A stretch of 64,000 bases of DNA from Nymphaea colorata (taxonomy: Eukaryota), in the NCBI RefSeq assembly GCF_008831285.2, contig NC_045138.2, forward strand, positions 34,658,001 to 34,722,000, in the 5' to 3' direction. Positions 43,301 through 58,500 of the stretch are shown in pieces; positions within the stretch are counted from its first letter, which is position 1; each line of letters starts with the position of its first letter. The notes under the pieces were generated by a model, which saw only the letters and a program-made list of their open reading frames with translations, was not told where the DNA came from and ran no database searches. A program made the position numbers and the translations under genes.

Positions 43301-45144
43301 AGGTGGACCCGCTTTGTAATTTTTCCAACTTAACGTAAAAAAGGCCGACGCTCTTTTTTTCTCTCATTTCACGCCTCGTTTTCTCTCTCCTACGAGCTGC
43401 TCCTCCGTCTTCTTCTCGCTCGACCAGCGGTGGGGATTCCACCGTTCGTTCTCAACCCAAAACCGGAGAGAAACTCTTCTCCTGCTGCGACATTCCGGCG
43501 TTGGGTTTCTACGTCGCTGCGCCACCCGTCGCCTTCCGCCGCCGCCACCACCTGCTCTCGTGCTTCTAGCATTGCCCTCGTGAGAAACCTTGACAAAGAG
43601 AAAGAAGGGCTGTCGGGCCCTCCACTGCTCGGTTGCAACAGCAGTTGCCGCTACCTCTTTCCCTTGCTCTCGTTCTCTCAAGTAGGAGAGCAACGACTGA
43701 AGCTGCGTTCCACAAGCCACCAGTATGAGGAAGGTGGCTGGTCTTCGGATCGATCGAGTGGCAGTGCCTGCGCATCACTGCGTTCCTTCTTTCCTGTTTG
43801 TTTTTAGATTTGGGGTTCACCGCAAGTCGATCAAAGCATGTCATGTCCTCTGTCCATGTTGCTTGGAACTTCCCCCTTTTATTATTACTATTTTTTTTCT
43901 TCTCTGCTAGTATCATAGCAGGTTCGGGAAGACAACCGAGTCTTCCCACTGCAGATTGGTATCGCTCCTTCTGTGGCCCGACCCTCTCAGAGGGTTCATG
44001 TATCAAATCTTTATATTATTTGAGGTCGTCTATGTTTCGGTTCTTTGTGGATAAAACGAAATTATACCTAGCATGCTATTTCCGTTCCAGTCTTCAATAA
44101 CTCACTCATGCATATGTATCTAGAAATTCAAAATATACAGGCTTCATGCTCCATTCATGATTGAAAATCCCCATACCTCTGAAAATCTTGACAGCAACTT
44201 CTGCCTCTGGTTCCTTTCCAGCAGCCACAAACCTCTACTCCAACAAGAGAGCAAGAAGAAGGACGTTACGTTCTCTCTCTCTTTCTATCGTTGAGTCGCT
44301 AGGCAACAAGAAATGGATCACGGGCAAGCACACGATGTTCATACGAAGGTCAAATCTAATCCAAACCATTCCATGACAAGGGGTTGCAACGTCGATTTGT
44401 ACTAGAGCACCAGTAACCAACAGTTGTCGGAGTTCCCTCCTCCTCCTTATAACCTAATATTCCAATTAGGTCTAGTCAGGCGCATACTAGCAATTTCACC
44501 ACGAAAGAAAGAATTATGGAACAGGAATGGAACTTGAACGAATCTGAACCTCCCTCTCAATTGCGTGCAGAACATTCGATCTGCCTGTGCACAGGGAATT
44601 CATGAATCAAAATAAGGATTTCGATAGCCAATAAAATAAGCGTCGTTTCGGTGGTTAAGTCTTACCACAACTTATATACACGGCCACAACGGAAACTCGA
44701 ACCTTGTCCTTTTCTCACGTGGCTGCGCATCAGCGCAATCACAATCCAGTGTAGAACATATTCGTAAATTGGAAGGAAAATGAATTTTACATGTAAGCCG
44801 AAAGATGCAAGATAACGTCCATGTTAAGCCTATAACTTCCCATGAAGCAGCTTCCAGTGTACATGCTGGTATGCATTGTGGGCACATTGCTTGAGCTACG
44901 CAGGAAAAGTCTTCTTAGCACCCTCTTTGGAGATGTCCGTTCCAACACAACACTGGGAAGACGATCCAACATCAAGCAGGCTAGTAAACATGTCTCACTG
45001 CTGCTGACCAGTTCCACAACATCATGGTTAGTGCACCCGAAAGAACCACCCTGTGATGGGTTCAACCGTATTTTCACCTTGTCGAGCATAAAGGATGTAA
45101 AGTCTTCAAGCCCATTGAAGTAGCCAAGACAGTTCAGCCTCTTC

Positions 45145-48100
45145 CTACTTAGCCGAATACCAGTTGGCTGCACATTTAGCATCAACTGCCAGGTCAACCC
45201 TGAGAAAGTTGGTCCCATAGAAAGGTCTTGACATGCACTCAACAACTATGCTTTTAGCAAGCTCTGCAGTTTCAGTGGGTCCTTCCAGTATCACTTCATC
45301 ATGAACCTACACACGAAAGCACTTTTAATCACTCTTGCTGTCCTTCTGTGATGACTTCATAAATGATTTTATGAATGGATGGATGGCTCAACACGCAGAT
45401 TAACAAGAATAATTTATGAGATTTCATGCATGTTGATGCTTATTGCGCCAGCCATAACAGTAACAGAAACTAGTAAAAGTTGGCCAACTAAAGCTCCACC
45501 AACTTAGTACAGGTTGTACTTGAAGCCTTCAGGTTGAAGGTCACCGGTGCATGTCTGTAGGAACAACGTGCTAGGCATTGGCCTGCCCCACCTCGCCTAC
45601 CCAAATACCAATCCCATTTAGAGGGCCAAAGTTGAAGGTCACGGGTGCATCTCTGTCGGCATAACATGGTAGGCATCAGCCTGCTCCACCTTGCCGACCC
45701 AAACACCAAACCCATTAAATGGTCATAAAAAGAGGTTAAAATATTTAAGGAACTAGTAAAAATGCCGGATAAACTCCAACCGTACCCAACAGAATCTATT
45801 GGATAAACATGCGTCAAATGCACCTCATCAGTGTCTACTCACAAATTCCTACTATTATGTAACAATTTTTCATGCGTATTTCACATCATTTTCCACAGGA
45901 ACCTGTACCTGTTCATTCTAAGATATTTCATGAATAAAAGTTTGCTGCAGAATTACGCACGCACAATCAATATAAATAAAATAATGCACAAAACATTTTA
46001 TAAAGCTCACATATCCAGCCGACACTTAACATTCATACCTTTGTAATAATAGTACCTATCACAGCCAGCCTTGTGTAGATCTAAAGGAATGTGGTGCTTA
46101 GAATGTTATGTGCACAAGTCTTATTGCAGGCTTGCAGCAAGCATGCAGATTCAAATTAGCAAAGACCTGTTCACCCAAGCCATCACTTTGCAGGAGGAAA
46201 AAAAATAACAAAATCTCTTTGACCCCTTTCTGAGCCTTCTTTCTCATTTCTAACCACCTGCTAGTGAAAAGGCATGAAGGAGACCAGCCTTTGGTTAGTC
46301 ACAGACCACATGTTTTTCATGCAACATGGCCCACCTAATTTCCACCAAATAGTATGGTATGGCTTTATAGTTCCAATTACATACACCCTATTATAGTCTA
46401 CCTCCTGCTCACTAGATTTCTAGTGTCAGATGTGACCCCACATCTATGAAACACGGGTACAGCTCTAAAGGCCAAGCACTCAACACAAGTCTGGGTGCAG
46501 GTGTGGGCCCAAACACGGTCAAGCTGTGTCGGGTGTGGCCAATGTACCCAAGCTTGTACCCGACCACATTTGGACTCGGTCAAAGTTGACCGAGTCTATT
46601 TTGGTCCAAAGGGTAGTTTTTTTTTTTTAATACTGTGTTTATACACGGCAAACAATGACCTCCAACCAAATGAATGCTTCTGCTGTTTCGTTGGGATTTC
46701 TGTGCAGCACTGTGGGTGCCACCACCACCAGCATCTGACAACCTTTCCGATGGGTGGCACTATTTCTAGCGGCGCCTATTTTTCTGGTGAGGACAGGTGG
46801 GTGGCATTTCATCCCTTTTCTATTGTGTTTTCCTCTTGTTCACCCTATTCAATGTGTTCTTTTATTGATTCCTGCTTTTTTGTCCGATTTCATGTGCCCA
46901 ACTTGTGTTGATTAACTGATTACTTGCTTGACTTCATTCCTTCATGCTTTGCCTCTTTCCTGCTGATTTGCGTCAATTTGTGCATTGTGTTCTGATTTTT
47001 CAGTGTATTTGTGCTGCAATGGAATATTCACTGAATACGTTGAGTTGGTGACTTAGTCGTTTGTTCATCTATTGTTTTAGTTACAGTTATAGTTATTACC
47101 ATGTTCATTTTATGTTTTTCTGTTTTATGCATCAATTTGTTTTATGTATTCTGTTTTTCTTATTTTCTTCCATATAAAAGGCAGGCTAGCCCAACGGCTT
47201 GTTAAAAAAAAAAAACTTGTACAAACTAGCGAAGTGAATCCATCTCTGACAGTCCAAAAATGAAAAGAATTGTAATATTCTGAACCATTCATAAACATCA
47301 CAGCAAATAAGATTAAGACATTTATGGCTAACAAGCTGTAACAAGACGTTGGGTTGTTAGTTGTTACTTCTTAATAGAAGGCAACTATTGTGCGCTCCTT
47401 ACTACACAAATACAATGTGCACACTAAGTCACATGGGTACTTCAAAATTGTCCTCGTACCCATCTCGCTGTACCCATACCCAAAGTGGGCACTTGGACAC
47501 ACTTGAGTATTTTTTATATCAAAACTGCTCGATTTTGATTTAATTTTTTCCAACTCAGTTTTCATTTTGTTTTTAGAGTTATTGTTCATTAACATGCAAT
47601 TTTTTTTTTATCTATATCACTTGTTTGTTTAAATGTTGCTTTCATTAACATGTCACATGGATACGGGTACGGTTTTATACATCATTGGCTAATTGCAATC
47701 TAGTTGGTTATGTATTCCAGCTCAAAAAAATTGAGAACACTACTTCTTGCAAGAGAAAATGCAACTGTTGAGAACTTATTAAAGGAGCAAATTTGCATGG
47801 AATGAACATAGAGTCTACTGTTTCTGATGGGTGGACAGACAGAAGCGACCATTAATAAATTATATAGCTTATTTACCTAATTATCCAATTTTCTTAAAGT
47901 GTGTTGATGCATCTGGAGAACATAAAAAATGCAAAATATTTGAAGAGGCTATTCATAGAAATGATCAAAGAAGTGGGAGAAGAAAATGCAGTGCATATTG
48001 TTACTAATAATGCACCAGTATGCAGTCGTGCTGATATGAATTTATCAAGTGATCCCAAATACAATCATATTTTCTAGATGTCTTGCGTAGCACATGGCTT

Positions 48101-51100
48101 AGAACTTACACTAAAGAGTATTTGCAACCCCTCAAAAGAAGACCCAAAAGCATATACTCTATGTTCATGGCGTGAAGGACTTGAACATGATGTATCAAAA
48201 CTTTTGTTGTAAACCATCATCATGCTCTCTCTATATTCAAGATGCGTTTTAATTTACGTTGTTGAAGGTTCCCAAGACATGTTTCGCCTCCTTCATTATG
48301 ATGTTGAAAAGATTAACCAAGTTAAGAGTGCATTGGCGTTGATGGTAATTGACAATGACAAGGAATTTTATCGCAGTAATGATGATAAGAGGGTCGTTAA
48401 AAAGTGCATTTTAGATTATTTATGATGGAATAAAGTCACATATTTCCTTCTATTTACCAAGCCTATATAGGAGATGCTAAGACAGGTCGATAAAGATGGA
48501 CCCATGCTTCACAAAGCTTTTCAAATATGGGATATCATGATTGAAAAAAGTCATATGGCTGTTGATGACTCATTTATTCAATCATGTGCATGAATTCTAG
48601 TGAAAAGATTGAACAAAAGCAATACGCCTTTGCATTGCATAGCACACTTTCTAAATCCCAAATATTACTCACAGAAGTGGCTAAAAGGATGTGTTGGTTG
48701 TGTATCCTGTCGAATTATAAGAGTTTATATTTCTAGGTGGTTGTTTGCAATATTTAATAGTTAGGAGGTCTCTTTAAACATTTCTCTATTTTCTGTTGAT
48801 GTACTTTGTAAATCTCTCTTCAACCCTAATCTCTTTATTATGGAGATTAGGGTTAGTAAATGGATTAACAATTCTCTCTCTAAGGCTGCCGGCTGTAACA
48901 TGGTATCAGAGCCGGCGATCTCCACCCTTCTCCGCCGACAACTGTCGTGATTTTCCGGCGACCCCTTCTCTTCTTCTCCCATCTCTTCCCACTTCTTCTC
49001 TTCCTCTATCCTTCCAGAGTTGCAGTGGAAAGTTGTAAATCAGATCTAGCTTCGTGGATGAATAGCAACACATGGACTCCATTATTATCCAGATCTAGGC
49101 TCATGGAAAAGTAGTTGCATGTGGATTCTTGTTCAGATCTGGGCTCGTGGAAGATCAAGTGCACGTGGACAATATTCTTATCATATTTTTTGCTGACTGT
49201 GGAAAAGTGGCAGCAAGTGGAGTAGTTGCACGTTGGGTATATTTTTTTTTCAGATTGAATATCTGTTTTATAATCTGGTGGACTGATTTGAACAGCAAAG
49301 TTTTTTTTATATGCATACGTGGATACGTAGAATCCTGGTGGACTGTTTTGAACAGCAAGTTCATATATTCTTGTTCATTTATTGATTGTTGTGATTGGTG
49401 GACTGATTTACTCAGCAGCAAGTTCATAGAAATTTTTTTAAGGACTGCTTTTGGTGCGAAAAAAATATATATTTTGCTGCCTAAGTTTTCTCAAGTTGAT
49501 TGCTGCATGCAATACTCTTGATTGTATCATAGTGCAACCAGATTAAGATCACATTGTCAAGTCATGCACTATGGCCGCTGAAGGCAAGACAGAGATGCAG
49601 TATGAGCATAAGAACACAAGCAATCTCTTTTCTTATGGCTCTACTGTAAAGTTAGATGGATCTAACTATGAGATTAAGTCTCGTGTATTTATGATGTCTG
49701 TGATTGGACATCGGAATGAACATGTTATAGAAAAAGATGAACCTGTGATGAATAGTGGAAGATATAGTTCATGGAAGGAAGATAATAATATTGTCATGTC
49801 ATGGATCATGAATAGTGTGCAACCACAAATTACCTCTATTATTGCATATTATACCTCTGCCAAACAAATGTGGGATTTTTTGAAGCAAACGTACTCAAAT
49901 GAAAAAAATGTTAGCAAGATCTTGCAGGTGGAGGAGGAATTACTTAATTTACGACAAGGTGACCAAAGTCTTACTCAGTACTTCGCTTCCATCAAGTCAA
50001 TCTATGAAAGACTTAAAGCTTTGCGTCCTCCATGTCCCACATACCACAAGACTCATGGTGAACAGTCTATAGTGGCAAAGTTTCTACAGAGTCTCTTTCT
50101 CGAGTATGCAGTAGCAAAGGCACAGATGTTGACTGGAGCAGAAATTCCTGACCTAACTGAGGCTTACAATAGACTCAGCCGTCTTGCTGTGACTCTTTCT
50201 CTGCCTTCCACTGATGCTACTCCCTCTACTTTGGTAGCTTCAGGAGGCCGTGGACGTAATTTCTTCAGGGGGAGGGGTATAGGTCGAAGGTCAGGAAGAG
50301 GTCGTGAGAGATTTCAGTGCACCTTCTGTGGGAAAATAGGGCATTTGGAAGAGAGATGTTGGGATAAGCATGGTCGTCTTTCCACTATACCCCTAGGAAG
50401 AGGTGTTGCATTTAAGCAGGGCAAAAATTTATTACAGTCTCCTATTGGATCTATCCAGGCAGTTTCATCAATAATAGAGGGGTCTTTATCTTCTTCCAAT
50501 CCTGAGACTGTGACTATGAATATCAATAGGTCAGAATATGAGGAGTTCTTAGCACACAGATCTACTCAACCGTCGGCCTTTATAGTTATGATAGACAGTA
50601 CTATGTCTGTTGATACTGCCCCACATGATACAGGTACTACTTGGATTATTGATTCAGGTTTTGTAGTAGACCTTCTATGTTTATCGTACTACACTCATTA
50701 CCTCAGACACGTCATGTGAGGCTTGCAGATGGTAGATGGTCTCCTATTATGGTTATGGAAATATTAAGATTTCTTAGTCTATGACAATTCCTAATGTGTT
50801 GTATGCTCCTAAGTTTACCACTAATTTTTTATCAGTTGAACAATTGATTAATGATTTACATTGTCATGTTACATTTCTCTCTGATGTATGTTCATTTCAA
50901 GACTTGCAAACTGGGAAGACGATTAGTGGAGGCTATGAGAAAGGGGGCATCTACTTCTTATCTGATTCTGTGGGTATTGCAGTTGTCTCGACTTCTTCAT
51001 TGTCCTCCTCCTTCCAGTGGCATCTCAGATTTGGTCATCCATATGTCTCCAAGCTCTGTCACCTACTTCCTCATCTATCAGTACCAGTCATTCCAGTGTG

Positions 51101-53724
51101 AGGCCTGTCAACTTGGCAAGCACACCCGTAGCAGTTATTCATCGAGTCTTAGTCCGTCCAATTGTGGACTATTTGATCTTCTTCATGTTGATGTGTGGGG
51201 TCCTAACAGAGTTGCTAGTAGGTCTAGATTTCGTTATTTTCTTGTCATTGTTGATGATTATTCTCGAGTCACTTGGGTTTTTCTTTTGAAAGAAAGGTCT
51301 TGGCTTTTTCTTTTGAAAGAAATGTCTGCAGTCATGTACTCTCAAGAACCTTATTATTGAAATAAATATCAGTTTGGTATTCTTGTTAAAAGCATTCGCA
51401 TTGATAATGCTCTTGAGTTCAAGGCATCTACCTTAATGAAATTTTACTTTGATAATGGCATTTCTCCTCAGTTTACTTGTCCCCATACCTCCCAACAAAA
51501 TGGAGTAGCTGAGCGGAAACATCGCCAACTTTTAAATGTGACACGCTCTCTAATACTTCATACTAATCTACCTGCATATTTTTGGGGAGATGTCATCCTC
51601 ACTGCCTGTTACTTGACCAACCGTTTACCCTCATCCTCCATTGACAACAAGGTTCCCATTAAACTTGTGCACCCACAACGACCCTTGTTTCCAGTGGTTC
51701 CCAAAGTCTTTGGTTGCGCATGCTTCGTTCACATACTTGGACCCACACGTGATAAATTGGGTGTCTACGCCATTAAGTGTATCTTTATTGGCTACTCCAG
51801 GAATCATAAAAGTTACAAATGCTTTGACCCATTGACTCAAAAAGTTACAAATGCTTTGACCCATTGAGATTATGAGATTATAAGTGTGAAATATTAATTT
51901 TTTTTTTCATTTTATCATTTTTTTAGAATATAAAATTTGTCGTACCTGCATACCCACAATTTTTAAAATTGCCGTGTATGAACCCGTACCACCATACCCG
52001 ACTGTATCCACACCCATGTGACATAGCTATGTCCTATACCCATGACTTTTGGACTTGGTCTGCACCCATACCCATAGCCGAACTCGTACCCAAGTAACAG
52101 CCCTACATGAGAAACATGGCAACTAGAAAAAGGAAACAAAAGGAACCAAGACTGTGAGGGACTTACCTGCAGTATTAACTTCCACCCTAGCTCTTTCAAA
52201 GTTGAATTCCTAGATATTTCAAGCATTGCACACATAGCAACATCTGCTGCACTCCCCTATTTAAATAAGAAAAGAGATAGTAAACTATAATACTACATGA
52301 ATATCAAAAAATAGACAAAATTTTGAAGTGTATAAGCAAGTACCTGCACCGGAGCATTGATAGCCGCACGTTCAATGTGGGATTTAAGGGCACTACTAGC
52401 ATTGTCCAGAGAGGGAAAACGACGAGCCCTTCCAAGCAATGTGTGAACAGAGTGTTTTTTATGAGCTTCGTTTTTGCGCTCTTCTTGCCATTTAAGTACC
52501 TCCTGCCTTTCCTTGTACCAAAGTTCTACTGTTTCTTTTGCTTCCTTAATAGAAACCTGGTTATGCCAAAACTTTTGTCAAACAAAAAACCTTTTGGCAC
52601 CCTGTGCATTAAAAGTAACGTAACGAAATTGTAAACTTTGCCCGGTTAGCAACTCAAAAAAGTATATTTCCCTCTTATAAATGAAAACCATATCTGGACA
52701 TGCAACATATGTACATATGCATTAACTGAAAATAAAGCTTATCTTTCATGTATTAAAAGAGTTAAGTTTATTAAATGGCATGCCCAAGTAGATACAACAA
52801 CTGGGTTTGCCCAACCTAACCCAAAATTAATTAGAATTTAGCCATTAGTATTAGAACGGCCAATACCACAAAAGTGATGCAACATGAGTTGATCAAAACC
52901 AGTTGAACCACAAAGCAAAAGATGGCACTGTTTCCGTATACAACTTCATAGAGGGCTTAATGCAGTAATCACGAGTCACAACCAATGGAGAAAATAATGA
53001 CATAAAAATCGAGCCTGAAGAGTTTCTGAAAATTGACAAAGAAAGATGGTAGTTGTTTCACCTGCATAAATTTTGGATAAAGCAAAATGTGCAGAGATGA
53101 TGCCATTCCTTTCATATTGACTTGTGCCAAGTGACATGGGTACGTGTGCATGTCTAACATGTGCATGTGAATGTGTACGTGGGTGCTATGTATATTCCCC
53201 CAGCATATGCATGCAGATACAAACAAATACACAAGGTATTTGCTTCAAGAAATAAAATCATGCATCATGCACATATCCAGAAAGACACACATGTGCTCAA
53301 ACATGTGCACCCAGCTTGACGTAAATCTTGACTGTACCGATCAGCAGGGTATGGGTCAAATGGTCCAAGTATGGATCAAACAGTACTGGATACGGTCAAC
53401 TGTACCAATATAGAACTCAGTCAAAGTTGACTGAATCCTTTCATGTCCAAACCTTAGGATTTCTTTTTCTTTTTCTTTTTTTTTACATCGTTTATACTCG
53501 AGCAAATGCATATATGTACAGTCGTACCCACGTTTTTTTAAATGGTCCGAACCCATACAGATTAATAACAAATTCTATTAATATAAGTTACATAACTCTA
53601 CATCATAATGAAATACTAATATAATTTAGATATTTAGTATGTTTGTCATTTTCATACTTTATTCATTAGTTTCTTCTCTATAAATTTGAATCATGAATGT
53701 GTTATTTTGTTGGTTTAAATTCCT

Positions 53725-53776
<52 letters not shown>

Positions 53777-54314
53777 GTTCATACTCCCTTGCCCAAGCTT
53801 TTTTAAAATGGTTTGAACCTGTACTCATACCCCTAGCACCCTTACCCATACCTATGTGACATAGGTGCAGAGAGAAACAATGTCAAAGATATAAAAATAG
53901 ACACAGGTGCGTCATTTCTCACTAAACTTGACTTTTAAGACAATAGCAAGCCGATCAGGTCAGCAAATTTATCTTGCAAGTGACAACAGCTGTAGCTTTT
54001 ATTTGATTTCCGACTAAACAATGCGAGGAACCTTTGTTAGAATCAATCTCAAAATTAAAAGGTCAGAGAGAAACAATAGACATTCTAACCAAGACATTCC
54101 CCTCTACCAAGTTTCAACATAGACAGAAATATAGATCTCAGGTTCCCATCAGCAGGTTCTGCTCCCAGTATTTCTCAACAATTTGTTCCTCTTGAGAACA
54201 AAAAAACAAATCTCAAAAACTTTATAAAATGAGTTTTAAGAAATTGTGCTAGATTTTCTTATTCATAATAATTACTAAAGCAAATTAACAATTTTTTTAG
54301 GAATATATTGAATA

Positions 54315-54388
<74 letters not shown>

Positions 54389-54419
54389 TATTCAATATAT
54401 TCCTAAAAAATTGTTGTGT

Positions 54420-54450
<31 letters not shown>

Positions 54451-55474
54451 GTGGGGATCCAGCTGTCCCACATACCACATTCAAACTTTTCTGCATCCTA
54501 TGTGACAGAATTCAAGCTCATAAAGAGACAGGTCTTCGTGTCATGTAGTTAATAACTTAATAAGAATAAAAGGAACAATCAAGTTCATACCTTCCAATCA
54601 CGAGCAAGACCCACTGCTGTCTTCCCATAGGCAATAGAAAAATTAAGCATCTTCGCTTTCCTTCTTTCTGAGGCAAAAGCATCCTTCATATGAAAGGACA
54701 AGAATTGGTCTCTCATTAGTTAAACAGATATACAAAACTGTCCCATCCACAATTTTCTTTAAATTCAAAAGTCTCATTTTGTCATACAAATGCCATTCCA
54801 TCAATAAAACAAACAAGAAAAAAAAATAGACATATCTTCTTCTGGCCACACATAAATCATAATTTTAACACACCATAATTAAGAATGAAATATGATAATG
54901 AAAAAAATAACAAATGATGTTAGAATATTGGTTAATGGGTTAGGTAGTTTTATGGAATTTTAAGAAGTTACATGTCTTATTTGTTAACTTTTATATTTCT
55001 TGAGTATCCATATGTAATTTTTGTTTTAGCCGCCTCTCCCTAATCTCTTTTAATCAGAGATTAGGGTTAATAGCAATTAAGGTTTTTGCTCTCACCGTCT
55101 CTTTCTCTCTCTCTCGACGTCGTCTCTTCTCCCTTGGTCTCACGCAACACGGTAACAAAGCGTGTTCCTTCTTGGGACTGACATCTGTTCCGATTCATCA
55201 CTCATCTCCTTTTTTTTCATATCCATCATCTTCTCCTTCTTCTACTCTACTTACCCTCGTACCTGTTGGGCTCGATTTAGGGTTTTCTCAAAAATTTTCA
55301 AGACCCTAGATTGATGCCTTGTTGCAGTTGAGTTAAATACATCACTCCAGCAGTATGGTCTACATTTGTGTTGGTCTATTATTCTACAATCTGTTATGTG
55401 TTGACGGTCTACACAATTTTTTTACTTCTGTCGTGTGGTGATCGATGGTTCATTTCTGATCAGATTTATTCTAC

Positions 55475-55529
<55 letters not shown>

Positions 55530-58500
55530 TCTTTTGGCTGAATTCTAGTGGACAGATTTATGATGGTTGAAAATCCTAAACCTGATTCTTCTCATGAGTT
55601 TAAATTGGGGGCGATCCATTCTCTTATGGTTCTACAATTAAGTTGGATGGCCTTACCTATGAAATCTAGTCGAGGTCATTCGTGATGTCGGTCACTGGAC
55701 ATCGAAAAAAATATTTACTTGAGAAAGATGAACCAGTAATGAAGACTAAAAAGTATGCTTCTTGGGAAGAAGATAACAGCATGGTTATGTCTTGGATAAT
55801 GAACAGTGCAGACACTTCTATTGCTCCTACCATTGCATATTACACTACTGCTAAGGAGATGTGGGACTTTTTATGTCAGACTTATTCACATGATAAGAAT
55901 GTGAATAAGGTATTCCAGGTAGACAAGAATTATACAAACTGCAACAGGGTGATATGAGTTTGCCCCAATATTTTGCTAAACACAGAAATGAAAAAAAAAA
56001 TGAAATGAAAAAACAATATGCTAAACACAGAAATGAAAAAACCCTTTTTTGACGTTAAAAATTTTTAAAATAAAAAATATCAAAAAAGGATGAAAATAGG
56101 CTTAACGCAGTTTGACCGCACCCAACTCGAGTCAAACACGAGTCAAGTGCGTGTCCAAAATGGACGAAAATGATCGGGTGTTGCTGACGGCACCCAACTC
56201 GAGTCAAACACGAGTCAGATGCGTGTCCAAAATGGACGAAAATGATCGGGTGTGGCTGACCGCGCCCGACTCTTGTTGACTCGAGTCGGGTGCGAATTTG
56301 AGCCGCATTTGCACCCAAGTCGTGTCGACAAGGGTGCGGCAATCTTTCTGCAGCATTCGGGTGACTTAGAGGCTAAGTCGTGTGCATGTCACTCTATCTC
56401 AGTGACACACCCACATCAGCACTGGTAGCTTCCAATGGACGTGGGTCAAGTTCTTCCTCTATCTCTAGAGGAAGAGGTACAGGTTGGGGGATTGGAGGAC
56501 GTGGACGATTTCAATGTACCCATTGTGGAAAAACGGGTCATTTTGTGGACAGGCGTTGGGATATCTATGGTAGACCATCTGGAGGCTCACAGGAAAGATG
56601 GTCTAAGACTCCTACAGTCAGAGGTACTTTATCATCCGCCCTTACAGGAATGGCTCAGGCAGCAGCCATTGGAGAAAATCCAACTACTTCTGAGTCTTTC
56701 TCTCTTAGCTTAAGCAAGGCAGAGTATGAGCATATATTATCCAAAAGAGCTGCTTTATCTTCCTCATCGGTCTTTGCCTCGTCTAGAGTAGTTGGTTATG
56801 CTCTCTCTACAGTTTCACACGACCCAAGTACAGTTTGGATGATTGTTAAGTGCCTCAAGGCACTTTTATAGCAGGCCATGTTTGTTTTCTTCCTTGACCA
56901 AGTTTGATCAGCCACGGTTTGTTAAATTAGCCGATGGCAGATTCTCTCCCATTTTGGGAAGTGATGTTAAAATCTCTCCGTCCTTGAGTTTATCACATGT
57001 TTTATATACTCCAGAGTTTCCTACAAACCTGTTGTCAGTGCAGCAGCTAACCTCTTGCTTGCAATGTAAGGTCATGTTCAACTCTAATTCTTGTGTATTT
57101 CAGGACTTACAAACTGGGAAGATGATTGGTGGAGGCCATGAGCAAATGAGGAATCTACATATTATTGACATTTGTGGATTTTGCAGCCATTTTTGTGCCT
57201 CAAAAACCCACTCCGCATCAGTTGCACCTGCGGTTGGGTCATCCTTCTCCATTGAAGTTGCATCATATTCTTCCTAATATTTTTTTGTCAGAGTACTTTG
57301 AGTGTGAAGCTTGCCAGTTTGGCAAACACACTCAAAGCAGTTTTCCTTCCTGTTTGAGCACATGCAATCAGAGTCTTTTTTATCTTCTTCATGCTGATGT
57401 GTGGGTCCCAATCGAGTTGCTAGCAGGTGTAAGTTTTGTTTCTATCTGGTTATTGTTGATGATTATTCTAGAGTCAATTGGGTGTTTTTGTTGAAAGAGA
57501 GGTCTGATGTATTTTCAAAAATTTTATTCTAGAAATAAAGACTCAATTTTCTTCTACTGTCAAATGCGTTCGCACTGATAATGCTTTAGAATTCAAAGCC
57601 TCCAATTTTATACAGTTTTACAACACTCATGGTATTCGACAACAATTTACATGTCCCCACACGTCTCGATAAAATGGGGTTGCTAAGAGAAAGCATCACC
57701 AACTTCTAGACATGGCTCGCACCCTTATGTTGCACACTCATCTCCCTGTAGGCATTTAGGGAGATGTCATACTTACTGTTTGCTACCTGATCAATCGTTT
57801 ACCATCCTCAGCTGTTCAAAATGAAATCCCCATCCAACGAATGTTTCCAAATGGACCTCTATTTCAGATTCCTCCAAAGGTATTTGGTTGTACTTGTTTT
57901 GTTCATGTTCTTCGTCCACACGGATAAATTTGTTGCTCATTCCATCAAATGTGTTTTCATTGGCTATCCTTCCCATCAAAAAGGCTACAAGTCTTTTGAT
58001 CTCTTAACTCATTAGAAATTTATAAGTGTAGATGTTACATTCTTTGAGTCTCAACCTTACTACATCTCCACTCGTCCTCCTGAAAAGGTGTCACCTTTGG
58101 TTCCTCATACTCTTCCTCCCTTTCCATTGGAGTCGGTTCCTTCTCACTTTGAGTCTGTCCCTCCTCCCAACAGCCGCTTTAAGGATCCTCTACAGATTTA
58201 TATTCGTCGACATAAGGCTCCACTACCACTCCACCAATGTCTCCTCAAGAGGTAAGCTCTCATGAAAACTTGGATTATGGCACTCATGGCACTGATGACC
58301 TTCCCATAGCTCTTCGCAAAGGAAAACGGCAATGTACATTGCATCCTATCTCACATGTTGTGTGTAGTGACCATGTGAGACTAGCTTTGATCAATTCATT
58401 CATCCTATGGCTGTTCATTCTATTCCTTCAAGTTATCAACAGGCTCTTATGGACCCAAAGTGGAAACAAACAATGCAAGAAGAGATGGATGCATTGATGT

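Noticed and set aside
44176..44235. Possible mini-exon encoding EVAVKIF (kinase-like) on the minus strand
   Set aside because: No other kinase subdomains nearby; too short to support.
44787..45245. 152-aa minus-strand ORF overlapping the POLI end
   Set aside because: Alternative frame of the last exon plus 3' UTR; no recognisable motif.
56118..56260. Repeat-spacer-like pattern suggestive of CRISPR
   Set aside because: Simple two-unit tandem repeat in a plant MITE; no unique spacers or cas genes, and the context is eukaryotic.
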